Assembly: GCA_903846945.1 (NCBI GenBank)
Contig: CAINCE010000042.1
Coordinates: 1 to 55,053, forward strand
Source: an uncultured bacterium
GTDB taxonomy: Bacteria; Patescibacteriota; Minisyncoccia; Phycocordibacterales; PALSA-1337
Direction: 5' to 3'
DNA length: 55,053 nucleotides
This document shows positions 9,117-20,100 of the stretch, in pieces. Position 1 is the stretch's first letter. Every line of letters starts with the position of its first letter. The notes below the pieces were generated by a model. That model saw only the letters and a list, made by a program, of their open reading frames with translations, was not told where the DNA came from and ran no database searches. Position numbers and translations under genes: made by a program.

Positions 9117-10674
9117 CCGTGAAGACTACGTAGAACCCCACAACCCACCACTTTGAGAATGCTGGTAGATGCACCGATGCAAATGGAAATTTTGCAAAGT
9201 TTTCGACCATAAATAGCTCATATGAGAGCAAGAGGTGTGTCCCCCAAGCAAATACTTGCGCAACTGGTAGAGAAATCATCCCCACAGCACCTGTTAGAAA
9301 CACAAACAACATTGTTACGGGTATGAATGGCAGGACGAGGATATTTACTACCATTCCGATTATAGACAAATTTCCCATCATATAGAGGATATATGGCGAG
9401 ACGAATATCTGCGTCGCTATTGTCGCGGATACGATTCCACGCATGCCAAATTTGTCAGGTATAAACTGCAGGCGTTTTTCTATAGGTGATGCCAGCAAGA
9501 TGAGTCCCATCGTCGCGAGGAATGACAATTGGAATGAAGGATCATGAAGCAAGATCATCGGACTCTGGATCAGCATGATGAGCCCAGCAAAGATGAGTGC
9601 GCGAGACACATCATAATCACGACGGATGATGTCGGCAGATAGAGCGATCCCAGCCATAAAGCAGGATCGGACAACTGTTGCACCACCTCCGACCAATATT
9701 CCGAATAGTGCGATACCTATTCCACCTATCGAGATGCCCCACATCCTAGGCAGGAACACGAGCATTCGACGCATCGCGTCACCGACTATGGTGATATTGT
9801 AACCTGAGAGCACGACGATATGGATGAGTCCAACAGTTCTAAAGTCAGCCAATAGTTCATTGCCGAGTGCAGCCTTCTCTCCCACGACTAGTCCAGAAGC
9901 TAATGCGGCATGTGGTTCACCTAGTGTTTTCTGTAGATTGGTTACAAAATGTCTCTTAATTTGGAATAGCTTTGCAGTGATCTGGTTTGAGAGCCATTTG
10001 ATTTTACTGTTGACTATATGGATGGACCCTTGCAGACTCGAATGATCATCTTCCCCCATAATTGCTCCAGTGACCAATCCTTTATTCTCATCAGTAATTG
10101 AACTAAGATAGCTCACATCTCCATCACTTTCAATCAAATCCGGATCACCATGAGGAGTGCGAGCGGTAGCGTCGACCTCGATAGCTGCTTGCTTTGAAAC
10201 CATCGCACTTTTCATTTCATAAAATATGTCACTCTTTGCCAGATATCCCTCATAATCAAATGAGCGTCCAGGATCAGTGATATTTAAGAAGTTCATCGGC
10301 TTTAACAATTTACCTTTGAAAATGATCTGATCGTCATAATTGAACCTAGGATATGGTTTCGTCTTCATGCGAATCAAAACATCTGTTGGGCAGGCGGTCG
10401 AACGACTAGCCGATGAGCTTGCAGATTTATTGGTAGATGTATTGGTAGACGAACCGGCGATCGAGAGCGACTGAACCATGACGACGAGGAATTGGCCCGA
10501 CTCTTTCATCTCTGGTTCTTCACTTACTACACCACTTCCAGTTAGTACCTGTTTAACACACGAACCAATATTTGGCGGCTTGATGTGTAATGTTTGTGCC
10601 ACGCGGAATATAGCAGCCGCAACAAATATGCTCCAAAAGATAAATGGTCCTTTTTTCATTCTGTTCATGTACAC
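9064..10674 (-). CDS. comEC: ComEC/Rec2 DNA-uptake channel (OB + competence domains, no C-terminal metallo-beta-lactamase domain)
   Basis: FDYEGYL, GLIHIVVLSGYNI, SFQLSFLAT. Start may be 10668 or 10659. Confidence 0.92.
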   Translation of the reverse strand: MYMNRMKKGPFIFWSIFVAAAIFRVAQTLHIKPPNIGSCVKQVLTGSGVVSEEPEMKESGQFLVVMVQSLSIAGSSTNTSTNKSASSSASRSTACPTDVLIRMKTKPYPRFNYDDQIIFKGKLLKPMNFLNITDPGRSFDYEGYLAKSDIFYEMKSAMVSKQAAIEVDATARTPHGDPDLIESDGDVSYLSSITDENKGLVTGAIMGEDDHSSLQGSIHIVNSKIKWLSNQITAKLFQIKRHFVTNLQKTLGEPHAALASGLVVGEKAALGNELLADFRTVGLIHIVVLSGYNITIVGDAMRRMLVFLPRMWGISIGGIGIALFGILVGGGATVVRSCFMAGIALSADIIRRDYDVSRALIFAGLIMLIQSPMILLHDPSFQLSFLATMGLILLASPIEKRLQFIPDKFGMRGIVSATIATQIFVSPYILYMMGNLSIIGMVVNILVLPFIPVTMLFVFLTGAVGMISLPVAQVFAWGTHLLLSYELFMVENFAKFPFASVHLPAFSKWWVVGFYVVFTVIYLLVNSYFRSHPNQD

Positions 10675-10691
10675 CCAATTGTACTCGCACG

Positions 10692-10800
10692 AGATAAAAT
10701 CCTGATAAAAAAAGTATGAAGGAATGATAAAATATTAATGAAGGAATGATAAAAAAAGGTTCAAATTTCGATAAAATAGTTATGAAGGAATGATGAAGGA
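10692..10800. promoter_or_regulatory. 22-bp-period TGATAAAA array upstream of comEC
   Basis: Units at 10703, 10725, 10747, 10769 and (partial) 10791, plus GATAAA at 10693. Confidence 0.7.
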
Positions 10801-10993
10801 AATTAATGTTTAGGTTTCATGCATAAGCCAGGTCTCTACATTATGCATAGGTCTGACCTATACAAGTTATCCACAGGCTAGAAAACTTGCGCTTTGGCAG
10901 GTTTGTGGTACAGTTCCTTACTGCTGCTCTTTCAGGTAACGGACTGAATGAATGGCTTCAAATCAATTCAGATAGTTTACAGAGTTAAATAAT

Positions 10994-11239
10994 ATGGTAA
11001 TAACTATTATTGACGGAAAAGTCACGGGAGGTGAAGGTGTCGAAGAACTTTTAGCACTAATGTCGGCAGTCGAGAACAAAACTGCTCCCTCCATCGGTCA
11101 CGTCGATCCGGATACAGGTGATCGTGTCACGGGCAAAGATCTGGACAAGTTACCAAAATTCCTTCTCCACCCATTCGACTTGGCTTGTGCCTCCTTAGCG
11201 AGTCGCGTCCATGCCAGAGCCCCTATAGCTTTCCCGTAA
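10994..11239 (+). CDS. Small hypothetical protein
   Basis: 81 aa ORF in an intergenic gap, followed by a terminator hairpin. Confidence 0.5.
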   Translation: MVITIIDGKVTGGEGVEELLALMSAVENKTAPSIGHVDPDTGDRVTGKDLDKLPKFLLHPFDLACASLASRVHARAPIAFP

Positions 11240-11278
11240 ACTGACCCCGCATCTTTTGTTAGATTCGCTTTTCAGTTC

Positions 11279-11317
11279 CCCCGCGTTCCAACCTATGGTA
11301 CGCGGGGTCTTCTATTT
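11279..11317 (+). terminator. Intrinsic terminator
   Basis: CCCCGCGT...ACGCGGGG followed by a T-rich tail. Confidence 0.6.
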
Positions 11318-11386
11318 CCCCCTTGACTCCGCCTACCTTTTTGTGCTTTACTAGATACATCGAGCCAACGGCTCTATTTTCATCTT

Positions 11387-13264
11387 ATGGAAATCCGCAA
11401 CATAGCTATCATCGCACACGTCGACCACGGTAAGACCACTCTTACCGACGCTATCATGACCCAATGTGGTCACGGTGACGAAGGTACCATGGACAGTAAT
11501 GCCCTCGAACAGGAGCGCGGTATCACCATATACGCAAAGAATACATCCGTTAACTACAAAGGTACCAAGATCAACATAGTCGACACCCCAGGCCACGCTG
11601 ACTTCGGTTCAGAAGTTGAGCGAGTGCTCCGTGCCATCGATGCAGTTCTACTCGTCGTCGACGCCCAGGAAGGTCCTATGCCGCAGACTCGCTTCGTCTT
11701 GAAGAAATCCCTTGAACTAGGTCTGAAGCCTATCGTCGTCATCAACAAGATCGACAAGCCAGCAGCCAATCCTGCTCGTGTGCACGACGAAGTCCTCGAG
11801 CTTTTCATGGAACTGGGTGCGCATGATTCTCAGATCGACTTCCCTACTATCTATGCTATCGGTCGCACTGGTGTCGCGAAGAAGTCCCTCACGGACGATT
11901 CGAAAGATCTCACACCACTATTAGATACTATTATTGAGTATGTTCCTGCGGCTAATGCAAAGGGTCTAGGGTTTAGGGTCGAGGGTATAGGAAGCACAAA
12001 GAAATCCGAACAAGGCCCTAAACCCTATACCCTAAACCCTATACCCTCGCTCACTGCGCAAGTATTTAACCTCGGCTATGACAACTTCCTCGGTCGTCTC
12101 GCAGTTTGCCGTATCTATTCTGGTACGATCAGAGATGGTCAAAATATATGGGTAAAGGATGTCAATGGCAAATCATTTACGGGTAAAGTGACGAAACTAT
12201 TTACATTTGAAGGAAAAAAGCGCCTCGAGACAGCGCAAGCTGAGGCGGGTGATATCGTCACCGTTGCTGGTGTTCCAGAAATATTTATTGGCGAAACCAT
12301 CACAGATAACGAGGCCACCGAGCCATTGCCAGCTATCAGTGTAGATGAACCAACCATCTCTCTACAATTCCTCGTAAACAATTCCCCATTTGCTGGAAAA
12401 GAGGGCACTTTCGTCACAGGTAGACAGATCCGCGAGAGACTCGAACGAGAACTAGAGACAAATGTCGGGCTCAAAGTTGATTTCTCCATGAATGAATTTT
12501 TTACCGTTTTTGGCCGAGGTGAACTTCACATCGGCATCTTGCTCGAGAATATGAGACGAGAAGGCTTTGAACTCCAAGTCTCTCAACCAAAGGTCATCAT
12601 CAAAGAAGAAAAAGATGCCGCGGGTAATATTACAAAAACTTTAGAGCCTTTCGAGGAAGTGATCATCGATACACCCCAAGAATTTTCTGGAACCATCATC
12701 GAAACTCTCGGCAAGCGCAAGGGTATCATGTCCAACATGACAACACATGGTAACCAAGTACGCATGGTTTTCGAGATACCAACTCGCGGACTACTAGGTT
12801 ATCGCAATGCATTTACCATCGATACGAAAGGTGAAGGCATCATGTCTAGTCGTGTCATCGGTTTTAGAGACCATGTCGGACTCATCGAGAAGCGCGAAAC
12901 AGGTTCTATGACATCGATGGTTTCTGGCAAGTCATTCGGTTTCTCATTATGGAACCTCCAGGACCGCGGCAGACTATTCATCGTTCCTGCTTCGGATATC
13001 TATGAAGGAATGGTCATCGGTGATACATCAAAGGGTGATGACCTAGAAGTAAACCCATGTAAAGGTAAGCAACTTTCTAACATGCGTTCATCTGGTAAAG
13101 ATGAAGCTCTCACATTGGTTCCACCATTTATCTTGTCGATCGAACGCGGTCTCGAACTCATGCGAGATGATGAGTACCTCGAGATTACTCCGAAAAATAT
13201 CAGACTCCGCAAGAAGTTTTTAACTGAGTTAGATAGAGCTAGGGCGAGGAGGAAGGATTTGTAA
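11387..13264 (+). CDS. typA: Translational GTPase TypA/BipA
   Basis: [43 protein letters not shown]. Confidence 0.98.
   Translation: MEIRNIAIIAHVDHGKTTLTDAIMTQCGHGDEGTMDSNALEQERGITIYAKNTSVNYKGTKINIVDTPGHADFGSEVERVLRAIDAVLLVVDAQEGPMPQTRFVLKKSLELGLKPIVVINKIDKPAANPARVHDEVLELFMELGAHDSQIDFPTIYAIGRTGVAKKSLTDDSKDLTPLLDTIIEYVPAANAKGLGFRVEGIGSTKKSEQGPKPYTLNPIPSLTAQVFNLGYDNFLGRLAVCRIYSGTIRDGQNIWVKDVNGKSFTGKVTKLFTFEGKKRLETAQAEAGDIVTVAGVPEIFIGETITDNEATEPLPAISVDEPTISLQFLVNNSPFAGKEGTFVTGRQIRERLERELETNVGLKVDFSMNEFFTVFGRGELHIGILLENMRREGFELQVSQPKVIIKEEKDAAGNITKTLEPFEEVIIDTPQEFSGTIIETLGKRKGIMSNMTTHGNQVRMVFEIPTRGLLGYRNAFTIDTKGEGIMSSRVIGFRDHVGLIEKRETGSMTSMVSGKSFGFSLWNLQDRGRLFIVPASDIYEGMVIGDTSKGDDLEVNPCKGKQLSNMRSSGKDEALTLVPPFILSIERGLELMRDDEYLEITPKNIRLRKKFLTELDRARARRKDL
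11961..12047. repeat. In-frame inverted heptamer arrays (AGGGTNN / NNACCCT) inside typA
   Basis: agggtct agggttt agggtcg agggtat agg ... ccct aaaccct ataccct aaaccct ataccct. Confidence 0.9.
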
Positions 13265-13276
13265 GTTTGCGCAGGC

Positions 13277-14221
13277 CTACCCTGCGCAGATTTTTGTCCT
13301 CTTTATACTCAATGCAAACGCACCAGTTCCTAGGTCGCGCCCTATTCTATGTGCAAGTGATCGCATATAGGTACCACTGGAGCATTTAACGCGTAATTTG
13401 ATCAAAGCGAATTCAATATGATTCATTTGATTTGCTATTTCTTCCGATGTGTCTGTGTGGTCCCCAGACAATAATCCCTTTTGCATCACTGGCAAAGTTG
13501 ACCAATTTTTAGTCAACTTTTGTACCCACTGCTTCTTTATCTCCTCCTGCCTAAAGTCACCCTTAACTAGATCAATTTTCTGCAATATTTTCGCCAGTAA
13601 TAGATCTGCACCGATCTTCCCACCTGACAACAAATCGATCAAATATATCTCCACTTCCTTGGTCGGCATTTCATCCTGCGTCGGCAATTCCCCGCTCCGT
13701 GCCAACTCGTGAAGCTGTTTTCCATTCACAGTCTTCGAAGAATACGGCGGGTACGGTTGAACAAATTTGCCAGTATATCTTTGAAGCCACTGTTGATTGA
13801 CAGTTTCTATTCCAGCACTGATCGCCAAGTCATTACTCTCGATCGACATCCATCTGACCTTCGATTCGCTTTTCAAATGAATTCCTGACGCGCCGATCTC
13901 ATTCGTCACAATTCCCAAAGCATCATATGTATCAGTTTCCAATCCAATTACGATCTCCACTTCATATTCCTTATCTAGCCATAAATACTTTTCCTTATCC
14001 TTACACTCTTCACCAATCAGGATAAGTAACTTCCCTTCCGCCATCGGGTCCAGTCGGCCTGCATAAGTCAGTGGCACACCTTTCCATGAATGCGTACCTA
14101 AAATCGACGCACCACTATTAGTATCATTTCCATTCTTTTCTGCCTGGATTTTCCCCAAACGAAACCTCTCCAAAGCTTCGAGTGGAGTCTCACCGACCAG
14201 TTTGTCTATGATTTGAAGCAT
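13277..14221 (-). CDS. truB: TruB-like tRNA pseudouridine synthase with loop insertions
   Basis: YAGRLDPMAEG, TDTYDALG, QPYPPYSS, CSSGTYMRSLA. Confidence 0.88.
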   Translation of the reverse strand: MLQIIDKLVGETPLEALERFRLGKIQAEKNGNDTNSGASILGTHSWKGVPLTYAGRLDPMAEGKLLILIGEECKDKEKYLWLDKEYEVEIVIGLETDTYDALGIVTNEIGASGIHLKSESKVRWMSIESNDLAISAGIETVNQQWLQRYTGKFVQPYPPYSSKTVNGKQLHELARSGELPTQDEMPTKEVEIYLIDLLSGGKIGADLLLAKILQKIDLVKGDFRQEEIKKQWVQKLTKNWSTLPVMQKGLLSGDHTDTSEEIANQMNHIEFALIKLRVKCSSGTYMRSLAHRIGRDLGTGAFALSIKRTKICAG

Positions 14222-14275
14222 ATTTGAATGCTAACATAACTTCCCGCTTTCCCAACTTCCTGCTATACTTTCCCC

Positions 14276-15595
14276 ATGTCCGATAAATCCAAAAAACTAA
14301 ATACCGAAGCCTACAAAGGTGTGAGGGACTTCTTCCCTGCAGATATGGCAGTGGAAAAGAGTATATTTAGCATCTGGAGAAGTGTTGCAGAAAAGTATGG
14401 TTATGAAGAATATGGCGCATCTGTTCTAGAGCCAGCTGAACTCTATCGCGCCAAGAGCGGTGAAGAGATGGTCAATGAACAGACATATACTTTCATAGAC
14501 AGAGGTGACCGCGAGGTGACACTGCGCCCAGAGATGACACCGACAGTTGCGCGTATGGTCGCAGCAAAAAAACGTGAGCTGACTTTCCCCCTCCGTTGGT
14601 ATTCCATCCCAAATCTATTCCGCTATGAGCAACCTCAGAGAGGTCGCGTACGCGAACATTGGCAGCTAAATGTCGACATCTTCGGTGTGAACTCGATAAA
14701 CGCAGAGATCGAGCTTATCAGTATCGCGTACGACATCATGCGAGCATACGGTCTCAAGGACACTGATTTTGAGATTCGCATCAACAACCGCAAGCTGATG
14801 AACTACATCACACGCGATGTATTTGGCTTGGATGAGGCGACTGCGCAAAAGGTTTCCAAATTGATAGACAAGAAAGACAAGATGAAACCTGATGACTTCA
14901 CTGTTGCTCTCATGGATATCATAAAGCCGACGATACAGGATGCTGCCAAGTTTGAGTCAGTGTTCGATAGTTTCCTCACCGTTCTCAATTCCAAGAACTT
15001 CGAAGAGTTTACCAGCCATCTACCACAAACAAAGGAAGAGCATGTCGGTCTCAAGGAGGTCCGCGAAACTATAGCCGGTCTAGAAAAACTCGGCATTACC
15101 AATGTCCGTTTCGACCAGACTCTGATGCGTGGGTTTGACTACTACACTGGTGTTGTGTTTGAAGTATTTGACCTAAATCCGGCTAACAGACGATCTGTAT
15201 TCGGTGGTGGTCGTTATGATGACCTACTAGCCCTTTTTGGTAATGAAAAGGTATCTGGAGTTGGGTTTGGAGCTGGCGATGTTATAGCGCGAGATATCAT
15301 GGAAACTTACAAAACATTGCCCGCAACAAGTGCACCAGCAGACATCGCTATCTGTGTCGTCGGTGAGCAAAACATTGCATATTCATTGGATGTTGCCCAA
15401 GGACTTCGCGCAAAAAGTACTCGTGTTTCTGTTGATCTATCAGGCAAGAAGCTCGGTGACCAGATAGGTAATGCAGACAAGCGTGGAATACTCAAAGTGA
15501 TCTGCATCGGTGATGAGGAGGTAAAGACGGGTAAATTGAGGGTCAAAGATTTGAAGAGTGGTAACGAGGAGGATATCGACACTGGGAGCTTATAA
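14276..15595 (+). CDS. hisS: Histidine-tRNA ligase
   Basis: LRPEMTPTVAR, FRYEQPQRGRVRE, RGFDYYTG, GGGRYD. Confidence 0.97.
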   Translation: MSDKSKKLNTEAYKGVRDFFPADMAVEKSIFSIWRSVAEKYGYEEYGASVLEPAELYRAKSGEEMVNEQTYTFIDRGDREVTLRPEMTPTVARMVAAKKRELTFPLRWYSIPNLFRYEQPQRGRVREHWQLNVDIFGVNSINAEIELISIAYDIMRAYGLKDTDFEIRINNRKLMNYITRDVFGLDEATAQKVSKLIDKKDKMKPDDFTVALMDIIKPTIQDAAKFESVFDSFLTVLNSKNFEEFTSHLPQTKEEHVGLKEVRETIAGLEKLGITNVRFDQTLMRGFDYYTGVVFEVFDLNPANRRSVFGGGRYDDLLALFGNEKVSGVGFGAGDVIARDIMETYKTLPATSAPADIAICVVGEQNIAYSLDVAQGLRAKSTRVSVDLSGKKLGDQIGNADKRGILKVICIGDEEVKTGKLRVKDLKSGNEEDIDTGSL

Positions 15596-15637
15596 TATAA
15601 CTCTAATTGTAATTGCTTAAGTAATATGTTGAGAAAC

Positions 15638-15670
15638 ATTTTCCATTTTGATTTTTCATTTTACATTTTC
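15638..15670. repeat. CATTTTN-like heptamer array
   Basis: cattttc cattttg atttttcatttta cattttc; same family as ribosomal-operon spacers. Confidence 0.6.
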
Positions 15671-15674
15671 TATC

Positions 15675-16250
15675 ATGCGCAAAATCACCTTTGATATCGA
15701 AACGAAAAATCTATTCCAGGATGTCGGTTCCAATAATCCGACTGACCTAGATATATCCGTAGTTTGCATTCACGACTCATCGGACGATAGTTACTCCAGC
15801 TTTCTCGAAGGAGACCTAAAGAAATTATGGCCTATCATAGAGCGTGCAGATATGCTCGTGAGTTGGAATGGGGACCATTTTGATATACCCATTTTAAATA
15901 AATATTATTCTGGTGACCTTACGAAAATAAAGAGTTTAGATCTGATGCGAGAAGTTCAAAATGTACTAGGCCGACGACTTAAATTGGACAGTGTTGGTAA
16001 AACAACTCTCGGAAAGAACAAATCTGGCAACGGTCTGGATGCTGTAGAGTGGTGGAAGAATGGTGAAATAGACAAGATCATCAAATATTGTATCGAGGAT
16101 GTCCGACTCACGAAAGATCTCTACGACTTTGCCATAACGAATGGTCACTTGAAATTTAGCGATTTTGGTAACATAAAAGAGATCAAACTCGATACGACCG
16201 AGTGGGAGGTTCCACAGTCAGCGACGATGACATATACACTGCCGTTCTAG
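15675..16250 (+). CDS. RNase H-like (DEDD/YprB-like) 3'-5' exonuclease
   Basis: FDIET, WNGDHFD, YCIEDV. Confidence 0.85.
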   Translation: MRKITFDIETKNLFQDVGSNNPTDLDISVVCIHDSSDDSYSSFLEGDLKKLWPIIERADMLVSWNGDHFDIPILNKYYSGDLTKIKSLDLMREVQNVLGRRLKLDSVGKTTLGKNKSGNGLDAVEWWKNGEIDKIIKYCIEDVRLTKDLYDFAITNGHLKFSDFGNIKEIKLDTTEWEVPQSATMTYTLPF

Positions 16251-16339
16251 TAATGTTGATGTTTCAAATTCGGATGTTTTCGTTGAGCATTTCGTTGAGC
16301 ACCCTTTCATGTTTGTCATCTCTAATGTAAAATGTACCC

Positions 16340-17173
16340 ATGGAAACAAAACAAACAAATGTACTCACTATCCCTGCCGCCATCGTCATCGCCGCAGCCA
16401 TAGTCGCGATCGCCATTATATATGTAAAGAGTCCTGTATCAACAGTAGCACCAGTCGCTGAGCAACCTGCTGCACAGGCGATCACAGTCAACCTCTCACC
16501 TATCATTGCAACAGATCATATCCTCGGCAATCCCAATGCACCTATCCGAGTAGTAGAATACTCAGATCCTTCTTGCCCATATTGCAAAACTTTCAATCCA
16601 ACGATGGAGGATGTAATAGCAAAATACGGTCCTACTGGAGATGTCGCATGGGTATACAGAAATTTCCCATTGGACAAGCCCGATGCAAATGGAAATATAT
16701 TACACAAAAATGCAAACCACGAATCACAAGCACTAGAATGTGCCGCTAGTGTAGGTGGTAATGAAAAGTTTTGGGCTTTTGAAAAGAAACTCTACGAGAC
16801 GACTCCATCAGTCACAGGTGCGACGCCGAACGGTCTAGATCAAACTCAATTACCTATCATTGCCAAAGCCGTCGGTATAGATGAAAAGAAGTTCAATGAA
16901 TGCCTATCATCTGGCCAATCTAGAGATGCAGTCGAAAAACAATATCTGGGTGGGGTAAATGCTGGAGTATCAGGAACACCAGCGAGCTTCTTTGTGTTGA
17001 GTAAACCAGCAGGTAAAGCCGTCACAGACTACATAGACAACGCGATCGTCACATACAGGATCCCTGCTCAACTATTCTTCATAACAGATGATAAGAAAAC
17101 CATTTCTATGAACGGTGCCATGCCAAAAGAGATGATCTTAGGACTCATCGCTACGATACAGGGTGAGAAGTAG
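16340..17173 (+). CDS. DsbA-family thioredoxin-fold protein
   Basis: N-terminal TM helix; CPYC; GVSGTP. Confidence 0.9.
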   Translation: METKQTNVLTIPAAIVIAAAIVAIAIIYVKSPVSTVAPVAEQPAAQAITVNLSPIIATDHILGNPNAPIRVVEYSDPSCPYCKTFNPTMEDVIAKYGPTGDVAWVYRNFPLDKPDANGNILHKNANHESQALECAASVGGNEKFWAFEKKLYETTPSVTGATPNGLDQTQLPIIAKAVGIDEKKFNECLSSGQSRDAVEKQYLGGVNAGVSGTPASFFVLSKPAGKAVTDYIDNAIVTYRIPAQLFFITDDKKTISMNGAMPKEMILGLIATIQGEK

Positions 17174-20100
17174 TTATACCCTTCTCAATCCACACCACTC
17201 ACATTTTGGATCATCGCAGAACGACTTCACTATTTCCCCACTCCAAACTGCATCTACGAGTGATCGAATATTGTCTATGACAGACTTTTCGTCCTGTTCG
17301 GTTATCGGCAATGAAACAGTCGGGCATCTACCTTTCGCGTCTGGTGAGACGAATACTAGAGCAGGATGTATCCGCCTACCTTTCCACCTCTTATCATCAC
17401 CAACCAAGATCTTGTAAAAGACTAGCTGACGGAAATAATTACCATCAGAATTTTTCGTTTCACCCTTTATAGCATTTTCTGACATCGCCAATTTGGTTTT
17501 ATAATCAAACACAGTTACTTCATGCCCATTATCTAATATTGCATCCAGTTTCCCGTGAATAGGAATACTGATGATCTTTTCACTCGACTCCGTATCCCCA
17601 ATCGCCCATTTCATAAATCCTAAATCGTAAATCTTAAATCTCTGTATTGATTCCACCCAACTCTCAGTCAACACCGTACTTTTCTCGTCTTTCAGTGAGA
17701 AATGCGTAGAGAGGGCTCTAGCAACGGCGGGCATATCTTCAGCAAGTTCACTCTTTGCTAGCACCTTTTCTCTAGCCGACAAAAGTGATTTACTAAAATA
17801 CGCACTCACACTATCATCCATGATCTTTTGTATCTCTGATATATCTTCAACGACCTTGCTCGAACTCGCGACAGCCGTCCACACCCTAGACAGTGCCTCG
17901 TGCATCGCAGTACCCTTTTCCGCAGCAACAGAAGGTGCTTGAGGCATCTTCAGTATACTCTGATAGATGAACTGATTTGGGCATTTCAAGAAATGATTTA
18001 GCGAAGTCACAGAAAGACCTTTCTTGGTCAATGAATTCTTCGCAATGTCCAGTATCTTTTCATCAACGATCTTCCTTTGTTTTACCCTTTCGTCTACTAT
18101 TGATTCAGCACCATCAGATTTCGAGTCTCTTCTAAAAGACTTATTCTCACCAACGGAGATGGTCATCTGCCCACCTTCTACACCTTCGATGGTTGATGTT
18201 TCCTTCTCATACAACTTCTCCGCACCAAGGCGATCCAAAGTGACCTTCTTTATATGTTTTTCATCCAATTCATCGATAAATCGTAGAGGCGTCAAAGTCT
18301 TACCATCAGACTCTTCTAATGAAGTCATAACGACAGCGTGTTTCCTAGCGCGTGTCAGAGCAACATAGAATAGTCGTCGGACATCCTTAACCTCTGACTC
18401 TGTCGTCCTCTTTTTTGGCAATACGAACGAAGCCCCCTTCGGTCTCCCTATCCACGCTTCCTCAGTCGCATACGGTATGAAGACATAGTCGAACTCGAGA
18501 CCTTTACTACCATGTGCGGTCATAGCTTGGATAGGTAGATCAGGCGCTCCGACAGAAACCTTTACCGTGCGAGTTTCCGCAGATGTGCGATATGCAAGCA
18601 ATCTTGTAATGAGTTCCGCTGGATCAGAGATCCCTCCATCTCGAGCCAATGATTCTGCCAATGACACTATACCTCTCCAAACATTTATATAGATGGGGTC
18701 ACGATCGATAACCTTCGTATATCCAGACCTTTCTCCCGCATGCACGATGAATGCGATGGGACCATGTGACAATAGTGCCGCCCTGATACTAGAGAGTCCT
18801 GGTATCTTCGTATCAAATTCGTCGAATGTGCCACTGCGAAGCTTCTTCACTATCTCCGTCCCCGTAGCAAAGTCGAGTCCCCACATGCCGACAATGATGG
18901 TGTTAGCGACGAGGTCTACCCTTGTCGGATCAACGATGTACTGTAGTAAGTCGAAAAATATCTTACCAACAGGATGATTGAATATATCTATACTCCTCTC
19001 TGAAGAAATCTTTATGCCATGAAATTCACACAATCTGATAATGCGGTCTAGGTCACGATTTCGCCTTACTATTATTGCAACTGTTGGTCTATTATTCGCC
19101 GTCGATGGATTTGCATGACTGCCAATCGGGCGTTCACCATTGAGATGCATAGTATCACTACCCAACACATCATCACTCTCGTCTCCAGTCGCCATCAATC
19201 GTCTCAATCTTTCAATTAATTGAAATTCAATAGCCGTCGTATTCTCACCAGTAATGATCTCGATCGGTTCAGCTCTCTCCTTACTTCCAGATCTCAATCT
19301 GACACGCAGATCTCGATGTTCATCTTCCTCATAATTCTTTTCGATCATACTGAAACTGCCATCCAGAATACTCTGATGAGAACGATAGTTTTGGTCCAAC
19401 TTTATCACCTCCATATTTGGCCATTTCTTTTGAAGTTTAAGGAAATTCTCTACAGACGCACCTTGGAATCTGTAGATGGCTTGTTTCTCATCTCCGACGA
19501 TAAATACATTTGGTGTGTCGAAGAATTCTGCGATGATAGATAGAATGAAGTTCTGTGCATCATTGGTATCCTGATGTTCGTCGACATGGATGTACAGATA
19601 TCTCTCTTGGATCAGTCGCAGGAGCAACTCGTCTTCTCGCAAAGCCAATAGAAGTTCAATTATAAGGTCATTGAAATCCATTCTCTTCGCTTCGCGCTTA
19701 CCTGACTCGTATGCATCATAAATATCCGCAAAAAGTAGCGTCCTTTCGAGTTTTTCGATCTGCTCCTTTGCGTCAGCTTTCAACTGACCTTTGGTAGCGC
19801 CCCGAGTCGATATGGACTCCTCATCTGTTTGAATACGCTCGATTTCTGACCGTGCAAAAGCTCTAACCATCTCTGGTGTCATCGCCTCTCGTTTTGCCTC
19901 ATCTATACCACGGATAATCCCCGAAACATATACATCCGGTTTACCAGCTGGTCGCAAATCTACAAATTTCTGGTCTTCTATTATCTTTCTGATCAATGAT
20001 TCCTGCTCTATATCCGTCATCTGCTTCACCTCATTCAAATGTAAAAAGTGATCTTGATATTCAGATATTATTGACGATGCGAAACTGTGGAATGTGTGGA

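Noticed and set aside
10867..10875. DnaA box TTATCCACA as oriC
   Set aside because: Single box, with no cluster and no dnaA/dnaN nearby.
11961..12047. Plant telomere-like TTTAGGG/CCCTAAA sequence
   Set aside because: Degenerate, inverted and inside a bacterial ORF; fits the local heptamer-array class.
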